A stretch of 64,000 bases of DNA from Promethearchaeota archaeon (lineage in GTDB: Archaea; Asgardarchaeota; Heimdallarchaeia; Hodarchaeales; Hodarchaeaceae): the NCBI GenBank assembly GCA_048938105.1, contig JBHLMN010000003.1:1-64000 (forward strand), read 5' to 3'. The notes below the pieces were generated by a model, which did no database searches, was not told where the DNA came from, and saw nothing but the letters and a program-made list of their open reading frames with translations. The number at the start of each line of letters is the position of its first letter. Positions within the stretch are counted from its first letter, which is position 1. Made by a program: the position numbers and the translations under genes. Shown one piece after another: positions 1 through 9,198 of this stretch.

Positions 1-1737
1 CTACTGGAAATGGGTATATTTATGCAAGCTCTTATGGTAGAGACCCAACAAACTGGCACGGCCCAGCTGTATACAGGAATGTTTCAATGACTGATTTTCG
101 AATAGAAATCATCCCAAGGTGTCAGGCTTCAGCCTGGGGAATGGGAAGATTTTCACTAGCCTTCTACTCTGGGGGTGCTGGATCAGGAACATTATTATGG
201 GAGTTTCGCTGGGGAGACGCATGGTATAATGACGATTCCAACGGGAAGTTGACATTATGGGATCAAGAGCGCTATAGATTATGGTACAAAGGAGAGTCAC
301 TAGCTGTTGGGTCATGGGATGATGCAGGGGATAATATGATTATTACACGTTCTGGTTCGATAATAAAACTGTATATCGATGGAACTTTGGAATATTCAAA
401 TTCAACCCAATCTACTTCGAATGTTGAAAGTGTGATTATTCAGTTCTGTCAAAATAAGAATGATCGGCCGATTTGTGATGAGCTTAGCCTGGATAAAATC
501 AAAATAGACTATACTAGTCCATCTTCTTATGAACATACTTTTACAGATGATTTTAATAATTTAAATAACTGGTCAAATGCTACTATTGCTCCTTTTACGA
601 TAGGAGGAGAAATGATTACCAGCAATGGTCACATTTATGGTAATTCATATGGAATTGAGGATGAACTCTGGCATGGTCCAGCAATATATAGAAATGTTTC
701 AATGACTGACTTTCGGCTAGAAATCATCCCAAAGTGTCAAGCCTCAGATGGAGAATTGGGAAAATTATCTATCAGTTTTTATTCGGGAGGTGCTGGGTCG
801 GGAACATTATTATGGTACTTTATGTGGGCTGATCAATGGTATGAATCTCCCCCTTCAGCAGGTATGTATTTATTCGATCAGGAAAGCCATATATTATGGG
901 TTAAAGGTGAATCTGTAGCTGTTGGGACATGGGATGATATGGGAGATAATATGACAATTACTCGGTCTAACTCTACATTAGAATTATATATTGATGGAGC
1001 TTTAGAATACACAAATGAAACTCAATCTACTTCCAATGTAGGAAGTGTAGTTATACAGTTTTGTCAATGGTGGTATCGGCCGATTTGTGATGAGCTTAGG
1101 CTTGATAAAATTAAAATAGATTATAATAATCCATCTTTTTTTGAATATACTTTTACAGATGATTTTAATAGTCTCAACAACTGGTCAAATGCTGCTATTG
1201 CTCCTTATACAGTTGGAGGAGCAATGACTACTGGAAATGGGTATATTTATGCAAGCTCTTATGGTAGTGACCCAACAAACTGGCACGGCCCTGCTTTATA
1301 TAGGAATGTTTCAATGACTGATTTTCGAATAGAAATCATCCCAAGGTGTCAGGCTTCAGCCTGGGGAATGGGAGCAGTATCTATTGCATTCTATTCAGGA
1401 TTTTCGAGTTCAGGAACATTATTGTGGCATTTTCGTTGGGCTGATGCATGGTATAGTGATGACTCAATTGGAAAAATGTGGTTATGGGATCAAGATGGTT
1501 ATAGATTATGGTCCAACGGTGAATCATTGGCTGCTGGGTCATGGGATGATATTGGAGATAAAATGACCATCATGCGCACTGGCTCTACATTAGAATTGTA
1601 TATCAATGGAACTTTGGAATACACAAATACGACCCAGTCTACTAAACGTGTTGAAAGCGTTGTTATTCAGTTCTGTCAAAATAAGAATGATCAGCCGATT
1701 TGTGATGAGCTTAGCCTGGATAAAATCAAAATAGACT
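1..1737 (+). repeat. Intragenic tandem repeats, units 615 and 612 bp apart
   Basis: 1-146 is nearly identical to 1228-1373, and ~438-510 to ~1665-1737 (offset 1227 bp). Confidence 0.9.
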
Positions 1738-1916
1738 ACAATTCTGACGAGGTTGAAGATACTACTTCCCAAGAATCGTATACTTCCTCGCAAGAGATAG
1801 ATACATCCTCACAAGAATCAGATTTAACAACTCAAACAAATAACATTAAAATTACATCTTTACCATTAGTAGCAATCCTAGGAACCCTAGTATTACTTCA
1901 AAGGAAAAAAAGATGA
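3..1916 (+). CDS. Large surface protein with tandem ~204-aa beta-rich (ConA/LamG-like) repeats, Ser/Thr linker and C-terminal anchor; 5' end outside window
   Basis: Frame is open from position 3 (TGNGYIYASSYG...). Units recur at 87, 702 and 1314 (MTDFR.EIIP.CQAS ... RPICDEL.LDKIKIDY). Ends with hydrophobic LPLVAILGTLVLLQ + RKKR. Fold assignment is inference. Confidence 0.8.
   Translation, partial: TGNGYIYASSYGRDPTNWHGPAVYRNVSMTDFRIEIIPRCQASAWGMGRFSLAFYSGGAGSGTLLWEFRWGDAWYNDDSNGKLTLWDQERYRLWYKGESLAVGSWDDAGDNMIITRSGSIIKLYIDGTLEYSNSTQSTSNVESVIIQFCQNKNDRPICDELSLDKIKIDYTSPSSYEHTFTDDFNNLNNWSNATIAPFTIGGEMITSNGHIYGNSYGIEDELWHGPAIYRNVSMTDFRLEIIPKCQASDGELGKLSISFYSGGAGSGTLLWYFMWADQWYESPPSAGMYLFDQESHILWVKGESVAVGTWDDMGDNMTITRSNSTLELYIDGALEYTNETQSTSNVGSVVIQFCQWWYRPICDELRLDKIKIDYNNPSFFEYTFTDDFNSLNNWSNAAIAPYTVGGAMTTGNGYIYASSYGSDPTNWHGPALYRNVSMTDFRIEIIPRCQASAWGMGAVSIAFYSGFSSSGTLLWHFRWADAWYSDDSIGKMWLWDQDGYRLWSNGESLAAGSWDDIGDKMTIMRTGSTLELYINGTLEYTNTTQSTKRVESVVIQFCQNKNDQPICDELSLDKIKIDYNSDEVEDTTSQESYTSSQEIDTSSQESDLTTQTNNIKITSLPLVAILGTLVLLQRKKR
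1758..1820 (+). repeat. 3 x 21-bp imperfect tandem repeat encoding the xT[T/S]SQEx linker
   Basis: gatactacttcccaagaatcg / tatacttcctcgcaagagata / gatacatcctcacaagaatca. Confidence 0.8.
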
Positions 1917-1961
1917 CACAATAATCTCTTTACTGAATTATTGATTTATTTAACTCCTTGC

Positions 1962-2525
1962 TTATTCAAATGAAACATGTGTTGTTTCAGGTAACTGTTC
2001 TTCTTTCTTTTCAAGATTTTGTCCAACAATTGTTTCAAATAATGAGAAAAAGGCTTTCTCTACGTTCCAGTTATTTTTTGCGCTTGTTATTACTGTTGGG
2101 TATTCTTGTATGGGTGGTTTAGTATGCAATATCTGAAGTTCATCGAGATCAGCTTTATTTCCAACAATAATAATTGGTATTACTTTGTTGCTCGAATCAT
2201 GACATTCTTTTATCCAAGATGGAATATTTCGATAAGAAAGTGCATTTGTAAGATCATAAACCACTATAGCGCCACTTGTACCTGTGTAAAAACGGGAACG
2301 AAATCTTTTGAAATGTGTTTGACCGGACATGTCCCATATAACAAACCGTACAGTTTTACCAGTTTTTTTCACCGAAGTTTCATATGTAGTTATATCGACT
2401 CCGATTGTAGTCTTATAGATACTTGAAAATTTTCTATGAACAAATTGATTAACCAAAGAAGTCTTTCCAGTTCCTCCATCACCAATTAATATTATTTTAA
2501 GCGAAGTTTCTTTCCCTTTTTCCAT
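1962..2525 (-). CDS. Rab-like small GTPase
   Basis: G1 GDGGTGKT, G2/RabF1 TIGVD, G3 WDMSGQ, G4 NKAD, G5 SAK; no C-terminal Cys. Confidence 0.92.
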   Translation of the reverse strand: MEKGKETSLKIILIGDGGTGKTSLVNQFVHRKFSSIYKTTIGVDITTYETSVKKTGKTVRFVIWDMSGQTHFKRFRSRFYTGTSGAIVVYDLTNALSYRNIPSWIKECHDSSNKVIPIIIVGNKADLDELQILHTKPPIQEYPTVITSAKNNWNVEKAFFSLFETIVGQNLEKKEEQLPETTHVSFE

Positions 2526-2532
2526 TTTGGTT

Positions 2533-3240
2533 TCACTTTCCTGTTAATAAGCGTTCTCCTAATTCTATGGCAAAATGATGTGTTTTAATTCCTTCAATAG
2601 CAGTTGTTGGGTCATAAGAAATACGGCGGATTTCTATATCTTCATTAGCAACGTCATACAGGATATAAGATGCTCTAGGATCCCCATCTCGGGGTTGACC
2701 TACACTACCAGGATTACAAATCGTTAATCCATCTTTATAAGTTTTAAAGGGAATATGTGTGTGTCCTAGAAACAAAGTATCAACCTCGACAAGTTTCATA
2801 AATTCAAAGGTAGAATCAAGATCAGCTCTATCATTTGGATAAATATATTGATCCAATGGGTACTCTGGACCTCCATGAATAAACATAAGCTTCTTATTTG
2901 CTGTTCTTTCTGTATGCATGATTGGAAGAGCGTGTAAGATTCTACGTTCTCTTATGGATAAATTCTGATTCGTCCAATCAAGGGGTTGAAGCGAATCAGG
3001 CCTATAATGATCTGGAACTACTCCTAGAGCTGCTGCATGATCATGGTTACCCTTTATTACAACATTGCATTTAGCTAAAGTCAGATGAATAACAGGAATG
3101 GGTTGAGTATAATATCCCACGAGATCTCCAAGGCAATAGATCCTATTTACTCCTTTATGAGAATGAATATCTGTAAGAACGGCTCTTAAAGCATTCAAAT
3201 TTGCATGAATATCAGAGATTATTGCTAAAATGGGTCTCAT
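2533..3240 (-). CDS. Calcineurin-like metallophosphoesterase
   Basis: DIHAN, GDLVGY, GNHD, HG, GHTH, NPGSVGQPRDGDPRASY motifs. Confidence 0.92.
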   Translation of the reverse strand: MRPILAIISDIHANLNALRAVLTDIHSHKGVNRIYCLGDLVGYYTQPIPVIHLTLAKCNVVIKGNHDHAAALGVVPDHYRPDSLQPLDWTNQNLSIRERRILHALPIMHTERTANKKLMFIHGGPEYPLDQYIYPNDRADLDSTFEFMKLVEVDTLFLGHTHIPFKTYKDGLTICNPGSVGQPRDGDPRASYILYDVANEDIEIRRISYDPTTAIEGIKTHHFAIELGERLLTGK

Positions 3241-3532
3241 GCGAATACCTGATTTATCTCAAACTCTAAATAATATAGGAAATCAGAAGGGGCTTTCTCG
3301 GAACTATTTAAGAAAGCTGCTTAACTAAATATACCTGCTTAAAAAGAACCTTTTCGTTATGAAGTTGTCGTCATATCAAATAACATTCTTGTAAAGCTCA
3401 TTTAAACTTAAAGGAGTAATATAAAATCATAGATTCATTGTAATTATTCATGAACTTCATCTTTCGTCAATTTTTTGTCATTAATCCTAATCTTAATAAA
3501 GGAAAATGAGTTCTTTCCCCAACTGAGATTTT

Positions 3533-4873
3533 ATGTTAAAAAGGCTGTATTTTTTACTGACTCTCTTAATTATTGTAATTCTTGGAGTGTTACCATTCAG
3601 GAATTCTTGTAACTATATGAACGCTTTTAATGGTCAAATCAATTCCATGATTGGCAATAATCGGATAAATACACAGTACAACCAATATATTCCAGATGGA
3701 AATAGTTCAGTTTTAGTCGCGTTAGATTCCAATCTATTAGGAGAGGAAAAATATTTCAGTGATGAAAAGTTTGCCCGACAAGTTTTTAATGATTGGTTAA
3801 AGCCTTTTGAGGATAAATTTGATCTATCTTTTCATGTAAAGAACATCACGACTTTCACACCTGGAAAAAATGACAATCTCACTGTTAGTATGGGAAAAGT
3901 GACTGAAGAACTTTCGTGGAGCCTTGCAGCTGGCGTAGACGATGAAAAGGTCGAAGGAAATGGATTTGATTGGTTAATAATTTACCAAGAAAACTATCTA
4001 GGAGGACGTAATCATGTCAATGCTTGGAAAGGAAATGCTCTCATAATTGCGCATAACCAACCTATTTTCGACAGGCAGTTAATCTTGCTTCATGAAGTAG
4101 GACACGTATTTGGTGGATGGCACGATGCTGATGGGAATGTTTATGAACATTGGTATGGGAATGAAAATTATAGTATCATGGATTATTATGATTTAATCAC
4201 TTTAAGAGAGATTTGGGATGGGATTTCTTTGCCGGTAGACGATTATAATTTTGGTACTATTAATACCACAAAATTCCGATTTGATTTAAAAGATCCTGAA
4301 CTTGATGGTCTACCAAACTATTATGAGTATCGCTATGATCTTGATCCTACTATTAATGACTCTCATGAGGATTTTGACAACGATGGACTGAATAATATAG
4401 AGGAATATCAATATGGGACAAATCCAAGTAATACAGACAGCGATAGAGATGGATTTTCGGATTGGGCAGAAAAATATCTGGAAACCTCGCCATTGAACTC
4501 TTCAGACGTTCCCAAGGTCGATAGCCCTATTATTTTTCCTTGGACGAAACAAACGACAATAAATGAAAAAGAAAAGCTCTTCATTACTTGGCGTGGAATC
4601 TCTTCGAACCCTAATTATTTTGAAATATATCAGAATAATAGCTTACAATTGCATACTCTCTGGACAAGTGAATTAATCCAATATCAACTAGAAAATCCCA
4701 CTCCAGGATTCTGGAATTTCACCTGTTTAGTAGCTGATAGTGATGGAGACAAAGCATCTGCTGAAATTTGGATACAAGTCCACAGTGTTAATGATACGTC
4801 TTTTACTATCATTGGGCCAATGGTAGGGATAATTTGTTTAGCAATTATTTATATAAAGAAGATCAAAAAATAA
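3533..4873 (+). CDS. Secreted, membrane-anchored metzincin metalloprotease with Ca-binding (TSP3-like) repeats
   Basis: N-terminal signal; HEVGHVFGGWH plus Met-turn SIMDY; DxDxDG repeats (DFDNDGL, DSDRDGF); C-terminal TM + KKIKK. Confidence 0.85.
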   Translation: MLKRLYFLLTLLIIVILGVLPFRNSCNYMNAFNGQINSMIGNNRINTQYNQYIPDGNSSVLVALDSNLLGEEKYFSDEKFARQVFNDWLKPFEDKFDLSFHVKNITTFTPGKNDNLTVSMGKVTEELSWSLAAGVDDEKVEGNGFDWLIIYQENYLGGRNHVNAWKGNALIIAHNQPIFDRQLILLHEVGHVFGGWHDADGNVYEHWYGNENYSIMDYYDLITLREIWDGISLPVDDYNFGTINTTKFRFDLKDPELDGLPNYYEYRYDLDPTINDSHEDFDNDGLNNIEEYQYGTNPSNTDSDRDGFSDWAEKYLETSPLNSSDVPKVDSPIIFPWTKQTTINEKEKLFITWRGISSNPNYFEIYQNNSLQLHTLWTSELIQYQLENPTPGFWNFTCLVADSDGDKASAEIWIQVHSVNDTSFTIIGPMVGIICLAIIYIKKIKK

Positions 4874-4977
4874 AGGAAATAATATCAGTAAGTGATTTTC
4901 TAATAATAACAAATAAGGAAAATTTCCCGACAAAAAACCATTTTTGTTCATCAAATACTCTAGACTACTTTATTAAA

Positions 4978-5730
4978 TCACAAAAAATGTATTACTCTCA
5001 TGTTACCTTCTAATTCTTCATTGAACCTTTTCCAAGTATTTCCTATCCCTATTATTGCCAATAAGAACTGGACATTTGCATAATTATCTTCTACCACTCT
5101 AAAGAGTATATCTAGGAAACCTCCCCGTCTTATATAATCACTAATAACAAATAAGCGCTTGTTACGGAGCTCTTGACCACTTATAAAATAAGCAGTGAAA
5201 ACTAACTCCTGGTCGATAAGATATGGGTATCGTGATATCCTTGAAGGGTACACAGGAGGAGACCTGAAAGTTACATTAAACCATGGAACATCAAGACTTT
5301 GAGAAAAAGCGATAGCTAGAGGAATAGCTTCTGGATGAGTCAGAATTGCATCAAATTTCCCTTTCAGATGATCTTGACCGATAACATGATAAGCGAGTAA
5401 ATTTAAATTATCTGGGTAAGACAATAGCCTACTCATATCTACTTGGATAGGTGATGCATCAATATCAATATCAATATTTGGTTGAATAAGATCAGCAGCT
5501 AGATTGAAGTTATTATGTAGAAAACGTACAAAAATATCCTCGTTTTTCTTAGTGATAGGAATTTCACCTTTTATATATCGTGTGAATTGGGAATAGGAGA
5601 AAAATTCTGTTTCCTCTCTAAAAAAAGGTTTAATAGCATGGTATAATTCACGAGCAGATTTATATTTTTTAAGAATAAGTCTAAGACTTCCTAGAATCAT
5701 TTTTTTTTCAAATATTGGACTAGAATACAC
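4978..5730 (-). CDS. HTH + phosphoribosyltransferase-fold regulator (PurR/Apt-like, degenerate PRPP loop)
   Basis: N-terminal HTH-like segment (SARELY...YSQFTRYIKG); PRTase features DAILT.PEAIPLA and VISDYIRRGG. Confidence 0.7.
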   Translation of the reverse strand: MYSSPIFEKKMILGSLRLILKKYKSARELYHAIKPFFREETEFFSYSQFTRYIKGEIPITKKNEDIFVRFLHNNFNLAADLIQPNIDIDIDASPIQVDMSRLLSYPDNLNLLAYHVIGQDHLKGKFDAILTHPEAIPLAIAFSQSLDVPWFNVTFRSPPVYPSRISRYPYLIDQELVFTAYFISGQELRNKRLFVISDYIRRGGFLDILFRVVEDNYANVQFLLAIIGIGNTWKRFNEELEGNMRVIHFL

Positions 5731-5912
5731 CTATACATCCATCTTCGCAAATTTATGCAATTAACCCAATTTATTCCCAAATAATCTTCATATATTTTTA
5801 TATATTTGTGTTTCTATAATACATTCACTATTCTATCATCTTGAAAATAAGAATAAGTTATAAATATTTAATCTTTTCATAAATATCTGAACTAGTTTTT
5901 GGATGTTTTACC

Positions 5913-6740
5913 ATGACATATTCGCAAACCTCTTTTAAGGATGTTGTGACGGTGAGAGAAATTGCCTTGATTGCCTCTTTCATGGCAATGGTCTTTCTTT
6001 CGACTTCGTTATTTTACATTGCCTTAGTATCTTCCACAGGATTCTTTAATATAGGTGAGGCTTTTGTTTATCTTGCTGCGTTAGTTGGGGGACCTATTGT
6101 TGGTGCCTTAGCTGGCGGATTTGGGTCTGCTATGGCTGACATGGTTCTCGGTTATGGGATGTTTGCTCCTGGTACATTAGTATTCAAGGGAATGGAAGGA
6201 TTCACTGTGGGTTTCCTTTATCATAAAGGTAAAGATATCAATCAGAAAGTGAGATATTTAGTACTTGTTTTCATTTCAGTCTTTCTAATCTGCTTTGTTG
6301 TTTTTGTCACTACCCCATGGTTACAAAGAGCTTTATTAAATCCGTTTTTAAACGAGGATATTCAAGGGTCATCAACAATCCAAGGAGCCTTCATCATTTT
6401 TGGTTTCAGTCTAGAACACGGCATTACCCAGCAGGAGTTACCGTTTGAGTTTCCTGGCTTTCTTCTGGTGCTAGTTGTTGTACTATTAATTGCGTTAATT
6501 TGGTTTGTAGAACTTAGAATGGGTGAAAAGGGAAAAATGGTTTTATCATGTCTATTAGCTGGCCCAATTATTGTTGTTGGGTATTTTTTGTATGAAGTAT
6601 TCATTTTGAGTGTTCCTTTTGGAGGAGCATTAAGTGAAATACCTTTCAACATTGCACAAGTAGTGTTTGGTATAGTAATAGCAGTTCCAATTTATTATAA
6701 CCTAAAGGAACTCGGTATAAAGCTTGGAAGATTATCTTAA
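5913..6740 (+). CDS. ECF transporter S component
   Basis: GFFNIGEAFVYLAA..GG.GSAMAD..GY..FAPGTLVFKG.EG pattern; directly upstream of EcfA/A'/T. Confidence 0.88.
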   Translation: MTYSQTSFKDVVTVREIALIASFMAMVFLSTSLFYIALVSSTGFFNIGEAFVYLAALVGGPIVGALAGGFGSAMADMVLGYGMFAPGTLVFKGMEGFTVGFLYHKGKDINQKVRYLVLVFISVFLICFVVFVTTPWLQRALLNPFLNEDIQGSSTIQGAFIIFGFSLEHGITQQELPFEFPGFLLVLVVVLLIALIWFVELRMGEKGKMVLSCLLAGPIIVVGYFLYEVFILSVPFGGALSEIPFNIAQVVFGIVIAVPIYYNLKELGIKLGRLS

Positions 6741-6844
6741 GAAAAAAGAAATATTAAGAAAAAAAAGAAATATCCTATAAGGATTAAAAATCTCTTCTTC
6801 CTTCTTCTTCTTCACGTCTGCCAAACAGAGGTGGTGCTCAAGAA

Positions 6845-7660
6845 TTGACACTAATGGAAATCAGTGATCTATCAGTTAAATATCAAGGATCCCCTAACTG
6901 GGCTTTAAGAGGCATAAATTTCTCTATAAAGAAAGAAGAACTGATCATTATAGCTGGTTCTAGTGGATGTGGTAAAAGTACTCTTGCTCAAACAATATTA
7001 GGTCTGATCCCAGCGTTCATTAAGGCAGGAATTCAGGGAAAAATCGTAATTAAGGAAAAAGTTGTTAATGAACTAACAAGAGAAGAGATTGTTCAATTAA
7101 TTGGCTATGTTCCTCAATATCCAGCGGATTTCATTACTAGTTTATTAGTCGAAGAAGAAATAGCGTTTCCGCTTGAAAATCTAGCTTTTCCTCGTCTTGA
7201 AATACAATCTCGAATAAGTGATATTTTCGATCAACTTGAGATTTCAAATCTTCAAAATCGATTAATGACCGAATTAAGCTCGGGTGAGTTACAGAGAGTA
7301 GCTTTGGCAACAGCTTTAGCCCCTCAACCTCCAATACTAGTTTTAGATGAACCAATGGCTCGCATTGACCCTAAAAGTGAGATTAAATTAGCTCATATCT
7401 TACATAGATTAAGTCATGAAGGTCATCTCGTTCTCGCATTTGAACATCGATTAGATTACTTATTACCATTAGCGGATCGGATGATAATCTTAGAAAATGG
7501 CAAAGTAGTCGCAGATGGCAAACCCCGATCTGTTATAGATGATATAAAGCACGTAGATTTGCCTGAAGTCTTAGAAGTTAATTGGCAAGGTATAGTACAA
7601 CGACCTTTATCCATAACTGAAGCTAAAAAGCATTTAATAAAGGTTTTCTCTGATATGTAA
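6845..7660 (+). CDS. ecfA: ECF transporter ATPase (EcfA)
   Basis: Walker A GSSGCGKS, Q-loop VPQYP, signature LSSGE, LDEP, EHR. Confidence 0.88.
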   Translation: MTLMEISDLSVKYQGSPNWALRGINFSIKKEELIIIAGSSGCGKSTLAQTILGLIPAFIKAGIQGKIVIKEKVVNELTREEIVQLIGYVPQYPADFITSLLVEEEIAFPLENLAFPRLEIQSRISDIFDQLEISNLQNRLMTELSSGELQRVALATALAPQPPILVLDEPMARIDPKSEIKLAHILHRLSHEGHLVLAFEHRLDYLLPLADRMIILENGKVVADGKPRSVIDDIKHVDLPEVLEVNWQGIVQRPLSITEAKKHLIKVFSDM

Positions 7661-7705
7661 CAAATAATTAAGTGAAAGCATAGTCCTTATTGCCATGGGA
7701 TATTC

Positions 7706-8488
7706 ATGATTTCTATTTCCATAAAAAACCTTTCATTTCGTTATCCTGGTGGAAAAAAGTACATTCTCAAATCATTTAGTTGGGAGAAGGAGAAACCTGG
7801 AACAATTGGGTTGTTGGGCATCAATGGTTGTGGAAAAACTACTCTACTTAGATTGATTACAAGAAGTCTTAAACCAACCATTGGAAATATTTCTTACACA
7901 AATGGACAAAACAACGATTTTAAACATAAAAGAGAGATTATTTATGTTCCAGAAAACGCTAGGCTCTTCTTGGTGGGCCCCACTCCGCGTAAAGATCTGA
8001 ATCGTATTATCAAAGAAGAAAAACAAGTTGATACATTACTGAGGCAATATAACTTTACTAATTTAGCTGATAAAAAGATTTACCACTTAAGTGAAGGACA
8101 ACGTAGATTAATCGCAATATTTATTGCATTTCAAGCACGAAGTAAACTCCTACTCTTGGACGAACCAACTATAGGTCTCGATACTAGAGGGAGAGAATTA
8201 CTTTTTCATCTATTTGATCAAGCGAAACATCAAGGAAAGATTGTAATTGTATCAACCAATGATTCGCGTGTTTTCCCGAAACTAGATGAACTAATTGTAA
8301 TTCAAAATGGCACTCTCTTTCTACAAGGTTCACCGAGAGAAATATTGTTTAAACTTGAGAAAAGAACTGAACTGATCCCAAATCAGATCGTTCGGCTGAT
8401 AACATCTTTGGAAGACGAAATAAGTCAAGAAATACCTCATTGCCTCACATCAAAAGAATTTAACCAAGTTTTATACAATGAAAGGTGA
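7706..8488 (+). CDS. ECF transporter ATPase (EcfA')
   Basis: GINGCGKT, LSEGQ, LLLDEPT; H-switch reads STND. Confidence 0.85.
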   Translation: MISISIKNLSFRYPGGKKYILKSFSWEKEKPGTIGLLGINGCGKTTLLRLITRSLKPTIGNISYTNGQNNDFKHKREIIYVPENARLFLVGPTPRKDLNRIIKEEKQVDTLLRQYNFTNLADKKIYHLSEGQRRLIAIFIAFQARSKLLLLDEPTIGLDTRGRELLFHLFDQAKHQGKIVIVSTNDSRVFPKLDELIVIQNGTLFLQGSPREILFKLEKRTELIPNQIVRLITSLEDEISQEIPHCLTSKEFNQVLYNER

Positions 8489-9192
8489 TTCCAATGGCAT
8501 TTATGCTTCGAAGAGTCTATCAAGGGTTTCTTTTTCATCCTGAGGCTGTGCATGTGCATCCCCTAGTTGGAATGCTTATTCTAGGACTTCAATTTTCAAT
8601 ATTAATTTTAAATGATCCTTTATTACTTACTTTTCTATTGGTTCTGGTAGTATTTGAAAATATAATGTTCAATAATATTCGTGGCAGTCTTAGTCTTTTA
8701 CGAGCGATAATTCCTCTTTTAATTTTTCTTGGTGGATTAACCTTTATTTTTGGAGGATTATCCCGAACATTCCTTGTAGTTTTAAGACTATTGATTGGGG
8801 CTTTCTCATGTTCTTTTTTCTTTGCGGTCACTAATCCATCTGATCTTACCCGAATCCTTGAAAAACTAAAAATTCCCACAAAATGGGCTTTATTACCTGC
8901 TCTTGCTCTAACCATGGTTCCGCGTGTAGCTAAAGATGCTGAGGAAACCTTTGAAACACTTACTCTTCGTGGTGAGATTAGTGGTTTTTTTCTCAAATGG
9001 TTACCAAAAGCTCTCACAATCTTTGTTGCCTCGGTTCTATATCGATCAGAATTCTTAGCACAATCTCTTTATTTTAGAGGATTAGCAATACAGAAACGTA
9101 CTCATTACCGCTCTGTACCATTCCGAAAGATAGACCTTTTTCGGTTAGTTACATGGTTTATCTTTCTTCTATTGATTCTAGTTGTTTTATAA
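8485..9192 (+). CDS. ecfT: ECF transporter T component
   Basis: Membrane protein with TNPSDL..L and two xRG motifs (LRG, FRG); last gene of the ECF operon. Confidence 0.85.
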   Translation: MIPMAFMLRRVYQGFLFHPEAVHVHPLVGMLILGLQFSILILNDPLLLTFLLVLVVFENIMFNNIRGSLSLLRAIIPLLIFLGGLTFIFGGLSRTFLVVLRLLIGAFSCSFFFAVTNPSDLTRILEKLKIPTKWALLPALALTMVPRVAKDAEETFETLTLRGEISGFFLKWLPKALTIFVASVLYRSEFLAQSLYFRGLAIQKRTHYRSVPFRKIDLFRLVTWFIFLLLILVVL

Positions 9193-9198
9193 TTCATG

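Noticed and set aside
1-1737. Near-identical repeats as a diversity-generating retroelement TR/VR pair
   Set aside because: Both copies are in-frame coding, the differences are not adenine-specific, and no reverse transcriptase is in the window.
2533-3240. Vps29 (retromer) next to a Rab
   Set aside because: The full catalytic motif set and NPGSVGQPRDG signature fit ordinary prokaryotic metallophosphoesterases.
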